Shown: positions 27,130-38,704 of the stretch, in pieces
How positions within the stretch are numbered: the first letter of the stretch is position 1
Layout: each line of letters begins with the position of its first letter
Assembly: GCA_012295275.1 (NCBI GenBank)
Contig: CM022673.1
Coordinates: 24,180,001-24,244,000 of the forward strand
Source of the DNA: Chrysomallon squamiferum
Lineage: Eukaryota > Animalia > Mollusca
Direction: 5' to 3'
Length of the DNA stretch: 64,000 bases
The notes under the pieces: model-generated
Databases searched by the model: none
Told to the model about the DNA's origin: nothing
What the model saw: the letters and a program-made list of their open reading frames with translations, nothing else
Program-made: the position numbers and the translations under genes

Positions 27130-28225
27130 CTTAAAATTTATGCTTGTCAGTTTATTTTCGGCAATGAACGCAAGAAGCTGAACAAAGATACTACAGCGCT
27201 CTCTTTATAATCATATTAACTTTCATGTTTTTGTCTTTATGTGTCATTTCTTCTTGTTCACAAAAACTCTTGTCTTTCTTCATCTGCAAAACTAGTCTGA
27301 TAAGCGTTTTTTCTTTCTCTCTGCACGCAAGCTATGATTTCTCCATCTCTGAATTTCGATGAAATAAACTCAGTTAGCTCCCTTGCTTTTACTGCTTCTC
27401 AATAATTGGAAAGGCTGATAAAGGAGGTCTTAAATTGGTCAAATATTGACTTGAGAAACCAAGCTTTTAGATTAAAATGGTGAGAAATGTTCGTGTTATC
27501 ATAAATGTAAATCTATATGGAAAAACTTACTCACTAATTTTCTTTTACGATACAGCAACACGAAAATGTATTTATTATAAAACATGTCAAATATCTAGTT
27601 TATGCTGAATTGTTATTAGCATTTAACAATATAAGTGAAATTAGAAGACTTATGTCGACTACAATAGAACAAATACTAATGTATCCATTGTTTATTAATG
27701 ATTTAATGAGGTTAACTGATTTTTGACAGAAAATATTGAACACTGATTTTTAGACTTCCGTAGAATGATTCCCTTATTTAACTTTATCATGTTTCTTTGG
27801 AAAGAAAGGTTTTAGTACTTAAGAATTAAGACTGCGAACATAATTTATTTTTATTTTATTTTTTTTTTTTTCTGTTTTAAGCTGTAAGAGTGACCATTAT
27901 AACCGTAGACATTTTAGTCGTGTAAAAGGTATATTATTAGTCTGCGTTATTTTGTTATACAAACTATTATTTAATGACATGTTAAACAGTGTTTAGATAT
28001 AGTGTTCTTCATAAAATAAAGAAACTTTATTCATTAAGGATTGTGCAACAGTTTCAGAAACTAAAGGCTGAGTTATAATAGTTATACTTTTAACGTGTGT
28101 ATAAATATTTTCTTCTGTTTGTTTGCTTTTCTTATCGATCGTATTTAATAGTTTTTAACTCTTAGAATTTAATAATTAACTACACTTAACCAATCTGATT
28201 CTGTTGTATAAATATAAGAATTTAT
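27130..28225. mobile_element. Old, divergent Tx1/L1-clade relic: ORF1 fragment on minus strand (~27130-27398), ORF2 3' region on plus strand (~27400-28150)
   Basis: Manual translation with frameshifts: minus ELTEFISSKFRDGEIIACV resembles ORF1 DMIDFVSGQVGDVIKACV; plus IIGKADKGGL..IDLRNQAFRLKW resembles IIGNKMSGGL..ISLKKMAFRIKM; YAELLLAFNNI..TIEQILMYPLFIN resembles YAEMLSAWDTV..DTDEILFQPLFQN. Confidence 0.75.
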
Positions 28226-28229
28226 GACA

Positions 28230-28262
28230 GCGATGGCCGGGATTCGATGTCCCGCTTGGGAA
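28230..28262 (+). pseudogene. Degenerate tRNA-Glu 3' fragment
   Basis: GCGATGGCCGGGATTCGATGTCCCGCTTGGGAA aligns to nt 40-72 of the array tRNA. Confidence 0.75.
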
Positions 28263-30100
28263 TAATTTTTCAAAATTAAAAAATTTACCTATATATTTAT
28301 ATAAATTAATAAATAAATAAATATTGTTTATTATACATTCTACAGAGCCCAGTTATCACGGTTCCTGTCGACCCTTTTCTACTGTATCAGTAGTCAGAAG
28401 ACCGTCACAATTACTGAGTCCATCTGGATGTTTTTATTCTGATCGCCTTTTCTATAGTATGTACGATATGTAATGTTTATTTTCAGACCTGTAAAGCATA
28501 AAAGCTAAACTTTATTTTTAATTAACTCAAATAGATCATCGTCTTTTCTATTTCTGTTCTCTTATGTGAAGCACAAACCAATCTCTTTTCTTGTTTGTCA
28601 AAACTGACACGAACAAATTTCATTGACTTATTTATTTGTGACTGAATTAAACTGAACTATAAATGTGTGTATCTGATGTTACGTAAGCTAATGTGTAGTG
28701 TATGAGTTACTCCGTCCTGCCACGAAACGACCAAGTGTTGTTAGCGTCAAGTTAATATTTGAGCTAAACATAGTTAATCAAGGTGTTCATTTTTTTAAAC
28801 AGGGCACCTTTCATCCTTGAATGTATGAGGTTTTCACTCTGTATATTTAAAATGTTAGCTACTAATACATTATTTTCTCAGTACAGAGCTGTTTTTCTAA
28901 CTGGAGACTGTTGTATTAGATCCTGAAATGAACGGGTGGAGTAAAACATACATCTTCCTGTAAGTTATAACTACTATACGTTTCAGTAAGGGCATTTTTG
29001 GAATTATTTAATTTTAATGTCTTTATTCTTCTTTCTGTCTTTCGTTTTTGAAATTTATTTTAACTTTAAGATCGTTTTAATAAAGAAAGTAAATGACAGT
29101 TAATTTTTGTTTTTGAAAAGTTTGTTGTAAATTTGTGTTGCCCGTATCAAATAGATACAAAAAAATCCTGCACACTTTTTGATGCCAACTATTAATTTCA
29201 AAAAGCAATAATTTCGCTTCCCCCACAGTTCAGTACGTTTTGTACTATTATAACAATTACATTTTGCAGTTTCTAAATAACTTAAACTAAGAAAATGTCC
29301 CTTACATATTTTTAGCGAAGCTTTGTCACATGTTAAGATATTAGAATAATTAATGTTTATTTCTGAAATCTAATGATCATGATATCGAACTCCAGGATGG
29401 GATTGACTGGTCCGGTCCTACAAGCCGTCGAATGCACGTGTTTTTCCATGATGCCATTCATGACCCACAGTTGTTGGTTTTGTAGACAGACTGTATAGTT
29501 AACTGATTAATAAGTTACAACAGAAAAGGAAAAAACAAAAAAAAAAAGAAAAGAAAGAGAGAAAATTAAAACAGAATACGTTGCCTTTTACTTTGAGTAA
29601 ACCTGGCGTCAGTCATTCTTATTTTCATTCATTGTAACATCACCACAGATAAATGACCTAGTCATTACAGATCTAACTATTAGTATTATATATATATATA
29701 CTATTTGCCTTGCATAAGTCTGTGTTATTTTGTTAGACAAAATATTTAATGACATGTTAAACACTGTTTAGATACACATCGACAGTAGATAAAAATATTA
29801 ATATGTTCTTATTGTAGTGTAAACTAAGTCCATTGCAAACTCATTATTTTGTTCATTGATATTTGATGATGACTTTATTAACTATATTATTCAAATTCTA
29901 GGATATTTCCACGAATTTCGGAATAGAATGTTTTAAATTTTGTTATTAGCTGTATTTTTTCTTTTCTTCCTTCAAAATTCGTCGGTTCAGTTTAAGAATA
30001 AAAACAGAATATAATCAATGAAAAGACTATATGTATTAATTATGTTAGTATTCTTGTTACAGAACTATGACGCAAGTTTTGAATTCGTATTTGTTTTCTT

Positions 30101-30510
30101 CTAGCAAATACGGCCATTGCAGCAGCTGTCGAATGCTGCATCATAACTTTGTGTTCCACAACATGCAGGACTTATTCCTCTTCTAGGGACAACGTTTCTC
30201 CAACAGCACATTTCGGTTGCATCATCATAGCCTTGCCTTCCACAACATGCAGGAGTTATTCCTCTTCTGGGGACAACGTTTCTCCAACAGCACATTTCGG
30301 TTGCATCATCATAGCCTTGCCTTCCACAACATGCAGGAGTTATTCCTCTTCTAGGGACAACGTTTCTCCAACAGCACATGCTGAAGCTTGGATTGTAGCT
30401 GTTGTAACCGCATACAGCTGTATTTCAGAATTAATATAAGAACTTCTACATATCTTCATTACTATTATCTGCTTATCTCTCTGTTAGTCTGTCCATATAA
30501 GTTAATCTGT

Positions 30511-30577
<67 letters not shown>

Positions 30578-30855
30578 ACATTCATATACACGAATCATAG
30601 CTATAGATACATTATCTATCGATCTATGCGTTTACCTGATTCCTCTCTGTACATGTAAAACTATTAAAACAGTCACCTCGAAGAGTTCAGAAATGCATGT
30701 AGGCTATTTATTTGTGTAATCAAAGCTGAATGTTGAATGTAGCTTTTGTAGTCGCATACAGCTGTATTTCAAAATACATATTATAACTTTTGTATATTTC
30801 CATTACTATTATCTACTTGTCTCTTCGTCTGTTTGTCTATATCAGTCAACTGTTT

Positions 30856-30902
<47 letters not shown>

Positions 30903-31085
30903 ATAATAAATCAATCATCTGTAAGTGTTCAGAAAAGCAGGTAGGCTGTTTTTTTTTTGTGTAATCAAAGCTATACTTCATAAGAAAAAAAAAATACCTT
31001 GTGAAGACGCCGATGTTCCCCACGACTGAATGCATGTAATTGTTAATACAGCAACATAAAAAGCCAAAACAGAAATAAACTTCAT
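30101..31085 (-). CDS. Galaxin-like protein G7 (subfamily B), 134 aa, three near-identical 28-aa repeats; exons 31085-30998 and 30417-30101
   Basis: Exon 1 MKFISVLAFYVAVLTITCIQSWGTSASSQ (88 nt), AAG|GTA donor, TACAG|CT acceptor, exon 2 317 nt open. Confidence 0.85.
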
Positions 31086-31632
31086 TTTTGTTTTTCTCTT
31101 TTTTCTGATCTAGAGAAAAAAAATGACATTATTTAAAATATCAATAAAAGAATATACATTACAAAATATTTATATAAAGGTGCAGAATCCCATTAATTGG
31201 CAAATATTTTAATAGTTTAATAGTTTAATAATAAAATATAACATGGAAAGATTAAATCGGAAACATCCAAGTTCGAAATATTAAAAACTGAAGAAAGAGA
31301 CGCCGTTGTTGGCTAATAGAAAATAGAAAATTTTAAACTCGTAATTCTAGTCAGTCTCTCTAATCCATAATCCTTCGTAATACTAATACTACTACTACTA
31401 CTACTACTAATAATAATAATGATTTAAAACACATACATGCAAAAAACCTATCACATCTGACAATTTTAGAATAACGATGTAAGAAAATAGATAATATAAA
31501 CATTTATAAATGTTCTGCTGCTAAACTATGCAGATTAGACAGTTTTACTTACTACTAACCTGAATACCGTGGATCTGTTATTACAGAGGTGGAGAATTCG
31601 ATCGAATACTTTAATGCAGTTAAATCAAAACC

Positions 31633-34600
31633 AAACCAAGCTCATTCCATTTTTCTTCACAAGTTGGTGCTTTAAAGTTGTTTAAAATTAAAATAGAATA
31701 AATTATTTTAACTGTAAATTTACTGACATTTATCATTTCATTATTCTGAAACAAAAATAAATCTTTATTAGATGTTAATTTTTTAGCATTTCTGTTAATA
31801 GAACTTTTCCATTCATCTGGAAGTGATTTCTTAATAACATTGTAAGCTATATAAATTTGGTTTTTGGATAATTCTGGAGATTTTTCATGAATAATTTCTA
31901 CAATAGCTGTAAAAGGAAGAAAACCTGATATTACTTCATAAGCAATATCAGCCACTTTGACTATTCCACTTTTTATAAAAGAACTAAATAATAATAATTT
32001 GTTTTTATATTTAATGAATGGATTTTGAAAAAGTGGCTGAAATAATATTTCGTCTGTATCAAGTGGGAAATTACCTTCTCCATTGTTAACAGTGTCCCAA
32101 GCTGATAACATTTCAGCATAAAAAGGATTGATAACTTTTAAAGCTTCTTTATTGTATACTATTTTAAAAATGTCACAATTTAGATTCATATTCATATATT
32201 TTTCAAGAAATATTGACATTGTATATTTCCATACATTTTTAAAATTATTATCAAAATATTTCTTTAACATTTTTATTCGAAAAGCCATTTTCTTTAATGA
32301 AATATCTTGAATATTTAGTCCACCCGACATTTTATTTCCAATTATTGTTGAATATTTTATTAAATGCGTTTTTCCTTCCCACATAAATTTATAAAATAAT
32401 TTATGAATTTCATTTTCTACCCAATTCGGTACATTTATTGCGCTAATGATATACCACAGTCTAGATGTTAATAAAGTATTCCATACTTCAGCTTTTTCGT
32501 GTAAAGTGAGTTTTCTTTGACTCCATAAGTTAATTAAATTAGACATTTTATCTAATTTATTTTTCCAGTTCAATCTTTCACATAATGGTTTATTTGGTCC
32601 TAAATATATACCTAGAATTTTAACATAGTTTTTATTTATTGATATTGGAATGTTAAAAGATAAGTTTTCAATCATGGTTTTACCAAGATAAAGTACTTCT
32701 GACTTATCTACATTGACTTTTGCCCCTGTAGCACTGCAATACATATTTATTGTATTAAAAACATTTTCTACTGACTGAGCATCACAGACAGTTACTGTAG
32801 TATCATCTGCATGCTGAAATAATAAAGAATTAAGTTCATTTGTTATTCTAATTCCATTCATGCTATGTCTTTTTTTAATTAAATTATTTAAGGGTTCAGC
32901 TACAATAACATAAAGCATCATTGATATTGGACATCCTTGTCTAACCCCTCTTGTAATATTGAAAAAAGGTGTTAAATGTCCATTAATTTTTACACAACTT
33001 TTTATATTATTATATAGTATTTTAATCCACTTCATAAAATTATCACCAAAATTGAATTTTTTCAAAACTTTTAAAATAAAACTATGTGATACTCTATCAA
33101 ATGCTTTCTCTTGATCTATTTTAACTATATACCCTTCTGTATTATTTAACTCGACAATATCTATAATATCTCTTACTGACATAATATTGTCAGCAATATC
33201 TCTTCCTTTACACAACAGGTTTGTTCTGATGAAATAATAGTTGACATTACTTGTTTAAGACGATTTGCAAAAACTTTAGCAATAATTTTATAATCTACAT
33301 TTAAAAGGCTGATAGGTCTGAAATTTTTTAGGTCTGCTTTATCTCCTTTTTTCTTGTAAAACAAACTAATTACTCCTTTTTTCATACTACGTGACAACAT
33401 TTCTTCTTTCTGAATTGACATAACTACTTTATGAAAGAAATGTTTTAAATTTTCCCGGAGTTTAACATAAAATTCTACTGTTAGACCGTCCAAACCAGGT
33501 GATTTATTTCTATTCATTTCTTTTAAAGCTTCAGTTAATTCTTCAATTGTAATGTCTTTCTCACAGTTTTCACTTTCAGATTCCTTTAGTTTATTTGTTA
33601 TTAAATTTATTATTTCTTCCTGTTTAATAATATCTACATTTTCTTGTGTAAATAATTTTGAATAAAAGTCATAAGCATATTGTAATATATCTTCCGTTCT
33701 TCTTGTTAATCCATTTACTGTCTTTAGCTCTTTAATAGAATTTGATTCTTGTTTTGATTTTTCTAAACTGAGAAAAAGCGTGGTATTTCTATCCATATCT
33801 AGATTCCAATGAGTTTTAGATCTTAAAATAGCACCATTACATTTAGATCTCTCAATTAATTTTAATTTTTCTTCTAAAATTTGTATGTTACTCAAATCAT
33901 GATGCTTATTTACAGCTAGTTTAGCATATTCTCGTTTCAAAGCATTTTGTATATTATAATATTTTTCGTTATCTGATTTTCTCTTTTTTATTGCAAAATT
34001 TCTTGCACATGTTTTCATTTTATATTTTAAGTTGTCCCACCAAACACTAGGCTCAGTCTGTAACAAAGGACACTCAGAAGCTTTATTAATAACTTCAATA
34101 ATAGCTTTACAAAAACTTTCATCTTTCAACAATTCATTATTAAAGATCCAAATACCTTGACCTCTCTCTACATGAGAAAAATCTATTTTAAGTGATAAAA
34201 AATTGTGATCACTAACCGAGGTATAGGATATGTATACATTACTTATAAACTGTAATAAATTTCTAGAAATTAAGAATAAATCAATTCTTGACTGTTTTAT
34301 AGTGTTTTCAACTATTTGAGATCTAGTAAACTGCCTTTTATCTGGATTTCTGTGTCGCCAAATATCAACTAAATTATAATTATAAATAACTGACTGTAAT
34401 TCATTACTACTTTTCATATTGAAAGTTTTATTATTAATGCCTAAATCTAAGTTAGGATTTAAAATTTCATTAAAATCTCCTGCCATTATTGTATTTTTTA
34501 AATACACAAATTTACATAATCCTTTAAAAAATAAAATTCTTTCTTCAATATTATTTGGTGCATATACATTTATAAAACTGTATTCTTCTTCATCTATTTT

Positions 34601-34921
34601 CGTATTAATTTTTAAAATCCTGCCTTCAGTGTCGCAACTATTAAATGTAAACTTATAAGGACATTCTTTTGATACCAGTATTGCTACACCCCTTCTTTTC
34701 TTATTTGGACAATTATTATAAAATATATTTCCTTCCCATAAATGTTTATATCTCTCAATGAAGTCATTATCCCAAAATGTTTCCTGTAGGAAAATAATAT
34801 TTGCATGTTTACTTTTAATAGTTGCAAAAACTGAATTTAATTTCTCAATATCTCTCAGTCCGTTTACATTTATAGACAAAATCATAATTAGAATTAGAAA
34901 ATTTATAAAACTATTATTCAT
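31633..34921 (-). pseudogene. Tx1 ORF2 (AP endonuclease + reverse transcriptase), one frameshift at ~33208, C-terminus truncated
   Basis: APE motifs SINVNGL, LQET, NVYAPN, GDFN, SRID, SDH; RT motifs KSPGLDG, RPISLLNVDYK, DQEKAFDRV, GVRQGCP, HADD; adding one A to GTAAAGGA restores CCVKGRDI. Confidence 0.92.
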
Positions 34922-34933
34922 TTTTAAAATGTT

Positions 34934-36103
34934 CTATATCTTGTCTATATTCCCCTCACAATGCTCGTTGATCACCCTGTCAAAACTTTCTCTCACACTT
35001 TTCATGCGCGCTGCATGTCTCTTTTTTTGTTTTCTATTTTCTACCAAGCTCCACAGTTTTTCTTCTGATGGACGCTTGATCAATCTCGTTCGACGCGTTG
35101 TTTTACTCTGCTTACTATTTTCTGCTTCGATGGTTTCAGCTTCCTTGTTAGTAATTTTCACTGTGGTGTTTTTATCAGGGTTTTTTTCTTGTTTTTCTCC
35201 ATTTTCCGATTTTTGTTTTTCCTTATTGATTTTCATTTCTGTTGTATTTATCCTCTGGATACTTTCTGCTTCACTTTCTTTTTTCTCCTTTGATTTTACA
35301 TTATCTGTAGTATATTCCATACCATCACTGTCACTGTCGCTGTTTTTATGTTCGTCGCTGTCATACTCTGTCCAACACTCACATTCATCCTCTTTGTTTC
35401 CACACTTTTCACACAGAAATATGTTCGGGCAGTTTCTAGCAAAATGTCCTTTTTGTTTACAGTTATGACACCTTATATTTGGACAGTCTTTCAACAAATG
35501 ATTATCCGCCACACAGTTGTAACAGACTTTTATTTGATTGTCATGTAATACTCTAAAATATTTTATTCCTTCGTAAGTCCGAAATTTCATTGAGTACGGT
35601 AAACTTTTTATTCCGGGTGGAAATTTCACTCTCACATATCTTGTTCCATCTGCAATTTTTGTCCCTTTGTATAGTCTTCTATAAATAGGTGATAAAATTT
35701 CTACTTTCATTTCTTTCAATTTCTCTTCAATTTCTTCATCTTCAATGTAGGCAGGCAAGTGTAAAAAGGAAACGACTACAGTTTCAGATTTTAAAATTCT
35801 CGCCTTTATTTTTAGACCTTTCAATTCTGTTTCATCAATTTCCGTAATCATTCTCGCTTGTATAAAATCTTCTAGTGTTATTTCATAAGAGTCGGATTCT
35901 TTCGGTACACAAGCTTTTATCACATCACCCACCTGGCCACTTACAAAATCTATCATATCGCCTGCTGAAATGTTCTTGTTATCTTCTACATTTACAATCA
36001 CGGTGCATTCTTTTTTAAAAATATTTTTTCTCAACACCTCTTTTTTTAAATTCATATCTTTCATTTTATCTTCATACTTTTCAGATTCTTCTGCCCAACA
36101 CAT
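34934..36103 (-). CDS. Tx1 ORF1 protein (gag-like, zinc knuckles), 389 aa from MCWAEE
   Basis: CYNCVADNHLLKDC and CHNCKQKGHFARNC (CX2CX4HX4C); DGTRYVRVKF motif; ATG position conserved in the second copy (MSWAEE). Confidence 0.88.
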   Translation of the reverse strand: MCWAEESEKYEDKMKDMNLKKEVLRKNIFKKECTVIVNVEDNKNISAGDMIDFVSGQVGDVIKACVPKESDSYEITLEDFIQARMITEIDETELKGLKIKARILKSETVVVSFLHLPAYIEDEEIEEKLKEMKVEILSPIYRRLYKGTKIADGTRYVRVKFPPGIKSLPYSMKFRTYEGIKYFRVLHDNQIKVCYNCVADNHLLKDCPNIRCHNCKQKGHFARNCPNIFLCEKCGNKEDECECWTEYDSDEHKNSDSDSDGMEYTTDNVKSKEKKESEAESIQRINTTEMKINKEKQKSENGEKQEKNPDKNTTVKITNKEAETIEAENSKQSKTTRRTRLIKRPSEEKLWSLVENRKQKKRHAARMKSVRESFDRVINEHCEGNIDKI

Positions 36104-36405
36104 AATACTTAGTTTACAACAAGAAGCGAGAGCCGATGTGAAACGCGTCCACACCCGACGCCAACCTAACCGGAAGTCTAACATCACAAATTATTAAGAA
36201 AGAAACATATTGTTATTTCAGTTTAACGTTGATCACAGGTCGAGAAACTTGATATGACTACCTACAGGTGGATTCTGTTTTCTAGGGCATTGATAAACGC
36301 TTATAACTGGATTAAAAGCTTTTCGGATTATCAATATTGAATATATGGTTCACATGTTTAAAACTCAAATCTGTTGGTATGTCATATCTAAATTAATAAA
36401 TGTAA

Positions 36406-36442
36406 TGAGAGCCCGAAATCCTAACCACTAGACCACTTGGGA
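36406..36442 (-). pseudogene. tRNA-Glu 5' half (nt 1-37)
   Basis: TGAGAGCCCGAAATCCTAACCACTAGACCACTTGGGA with B-type upstream flank; 3' half missing. Confidence 0.85.
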
Positions 36443-37208
36443 AGTTACAAATGCTGTTCTGGATCCTATTTAATAACTGAAATGCAAGCAAAGTAAATAC
36501 TTCGAACAGAAAAATAAATTTTATATATTACACTCAAGTAACATCACAAATAATTAAGAAAGAAACATATTGTTATTTCACTTTAACGTTGATCACAGGT
36601 CCACAAACTTGATATATCTATTTTCAGATGGATTGCATTTACTAGGGCATTGATAAACGCTGGGAAGTGGATTAAAACTCTTCTGGGTTATCAATATAAA
36701 TATATGTGTTTGACATGTATAAAACTGAAATCTGTTGATATGTAATTGTACTATATGATCAGTTTTCTGGTAAACGTTTGTTGTTGTGTCTAACGGTTTT
36801 TGTTTCAACCTCTTTCTACTCTGTATATTACAAATTGTCTTCAACTGTTCTTTGATGAAGACATTATTATATCTTGGAATATCTTGCACAGTGTGAACAT
36901 ATATTTGTTATTCGATTAAGACAATAAAAAGGTTTGGGCTCTTCACAGAAAAAATAACTGTAACTTTTATTTTGTTTGTTGGTTCCTCATATTTGAGTAA
37001 AAATGATTAATATTTTATTCTGTAGCCTGAAGAATTTAATTAATAATAATACTTATATTTTATTTTATTTACTTCTTATTTTATTATAACAACAATAAGC
37101 AAAGTAGACAGGAGATTATAAATAAATAAAGAACCACTTTGAAACTTTAAAATGATCGAAGCTCGGCCTTTTTGGAGGTTTCATTTATCGGATAATGAAC
37201 GTACGTAA

Positions 37209-37497
37209 GCTTAGTGAGTACATCTCACGTAAGGGACCTAACTCTAATCAATGTTTGTTAACACATATCACTGAAGGGAGAGAAGTCTATTCGATATAAT
37301 TTTTACTTTGCTTAGTGAGTACATCTCACGTAAGGGACCTAACTCTAATCTATGTTTGTGAACACAAATCACTAAAGGGAGATAAGTCTAATCGATATAA
37401 TTTTTACTTTGCTTAGTGAGTACATCTCATGTAAGGGCCTAACTGTAATCTATGTTTGTGAGCACGTATCACTATAGGGAGATAAGTCTAATCGATA
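37209..37497 (-). repeat. ~100-bp tandem repeat cluster (3 units; the two usual clusters collapsed into one)
   Basis: GCTTAGTGAGTACATCTCA at ~37209, 37310, 37411. Confidence 0.85.
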
Positions 37498-37779
37498 TGA
37501 TTGTAGAAAGATAGATAGATAGATAGATATAATTTTATTTATAAAATATTCATTATTGTTGCTTCTTATAATTTCATTCTTTAATGTAAAAAAAGTAAAA
37601 TTAAATATATTACTAAATTAATTTGTTGATATTAAACTTTAGAACATTGGCACCATTTTTATATTTTTATTTATAAAACAGATAAATTAATGTTACTTCT
37701 TATCAATTTCTTTCTTTAATATATTGAAACAACAATTCAAAAGTATCGAAAGAAAGAAGGAAAAACCAAAATAAACCTT

Positions 37780-37851
37780 TTCCCAAACGGGGAATCGAAC
37801 CCCGGCCGTCGCGGTGAGAGCGCGAAATCCTAACCACTAGACCACTTGGGA
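37780..37851 (-). tRNA. tRNA-Glu(CTC), intact
   Basis: Exact reverse complement of the A-type copy. Confidence 0.95.
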
Positions 37852-38398
37852 AGTTACAACTACCGTCTGGATATTGTTTAACAATTGAACCAAACAAGGT
37901 GAATAATTCGAACAGAAAAATAAATCACAACAATTATATTGTTATAGACAGAGTGTATATATTACACTCAAGTAACATCACAAATAAGAAAGAAACATAT
38001 TCTTATTTCACTTCAACGTTGATCACAGGTCGAGAAACTTGATATGACTACCTACAGGTGGATTCTATATTCTAGGGGATTGATAGAACTGGATTGAAAG
38101 TTTTTGGGTTATCAATACCGAATATATGGTTTACATGTTTAAAACTGAAATGTGTTGGTATATAATTGTTCTATGTGAATAGTTTGTTGCATTATTATTG
38201 TTGGGAAATTATTGATAATCACAATTTCGTATTGTTTTAGAAAGATAGATGAAATAAAATTTTAAAACTAGCATTATTATGTGATGTTAATATAGTTAAT
38301 AAATAGAAAAATGTAAAATTAAATATATTACTAAATTAATTTGTTGATATTAAACTTTAGAACATTGGCACCATTTTTATATTTTTATTTATAAAACA

Positions 38399-38633
38399 GA
38401 TAAATTAATGTTACTTCTTATCAATTTCTTTCTTTAATATATTGAAATAACAATTCAAAAGTATCGAAAGAAAGAAGGATAAATTAATGTTACTTCTTAT
38501 CAATTTCTTTCTTAAATATATTGAAATAACTATTCAAAAGTATCGAAAGAAAGAAGGATAAATTAATGTTACTTCTTATCAATTTCTTTCTTTAATATAT
38601 TGAATTATTTCAAAAGTATCGAAAGAAAGAAGG
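38399..38633. repeat. Tandem triplication of the ~78-bp tRNA 3' flank
   Basis: GATAAATTAATGTTACTTCTTATCAATTTC...AAGTATCGAAAGAAAGAAG at ~38399, 38478, 38557. Confidence 0.9.
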
Positions 38634-38652
38634 AAAAACCAAAATAAACGTT

Positions 38653-38704
38653 TTCCCAAACGGGGAATCGAACCCCGGCCGTCGCGGTGAGAGCGCGAAA
38701 TCCT
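38653..38704 (-). pseudogene. 3' part (nt 21-72) of the tRNA-Glu interrupted by Tx1
   Basis: Directly follows the element poly(A); begins with the TSD AGGATTTCGCG. Confidence 0.93.

Larger units (their letters stand above)
31633..36179 (-). mobile_element. L1/Tx1-clade non-LTR retrotransposon, complete 5' end, 3' ~0.8 kb deleted
   Basis: ORF1 with CCHC knuckles followed by ORF2 with APE and RT; 5' end AGACTTCCGGTTA identical to the second copy; 3' break at AAACCAA microhomology. Confidence 0.93.

Noticed and set aside
33173-33215. Programmed frameshift between APE and RT ORFs
   Set aside because: The break falls within the RT region at an A homopolymer; L1/Tx1 ORF2 is a single frame, so this is a mutation or sequencing error
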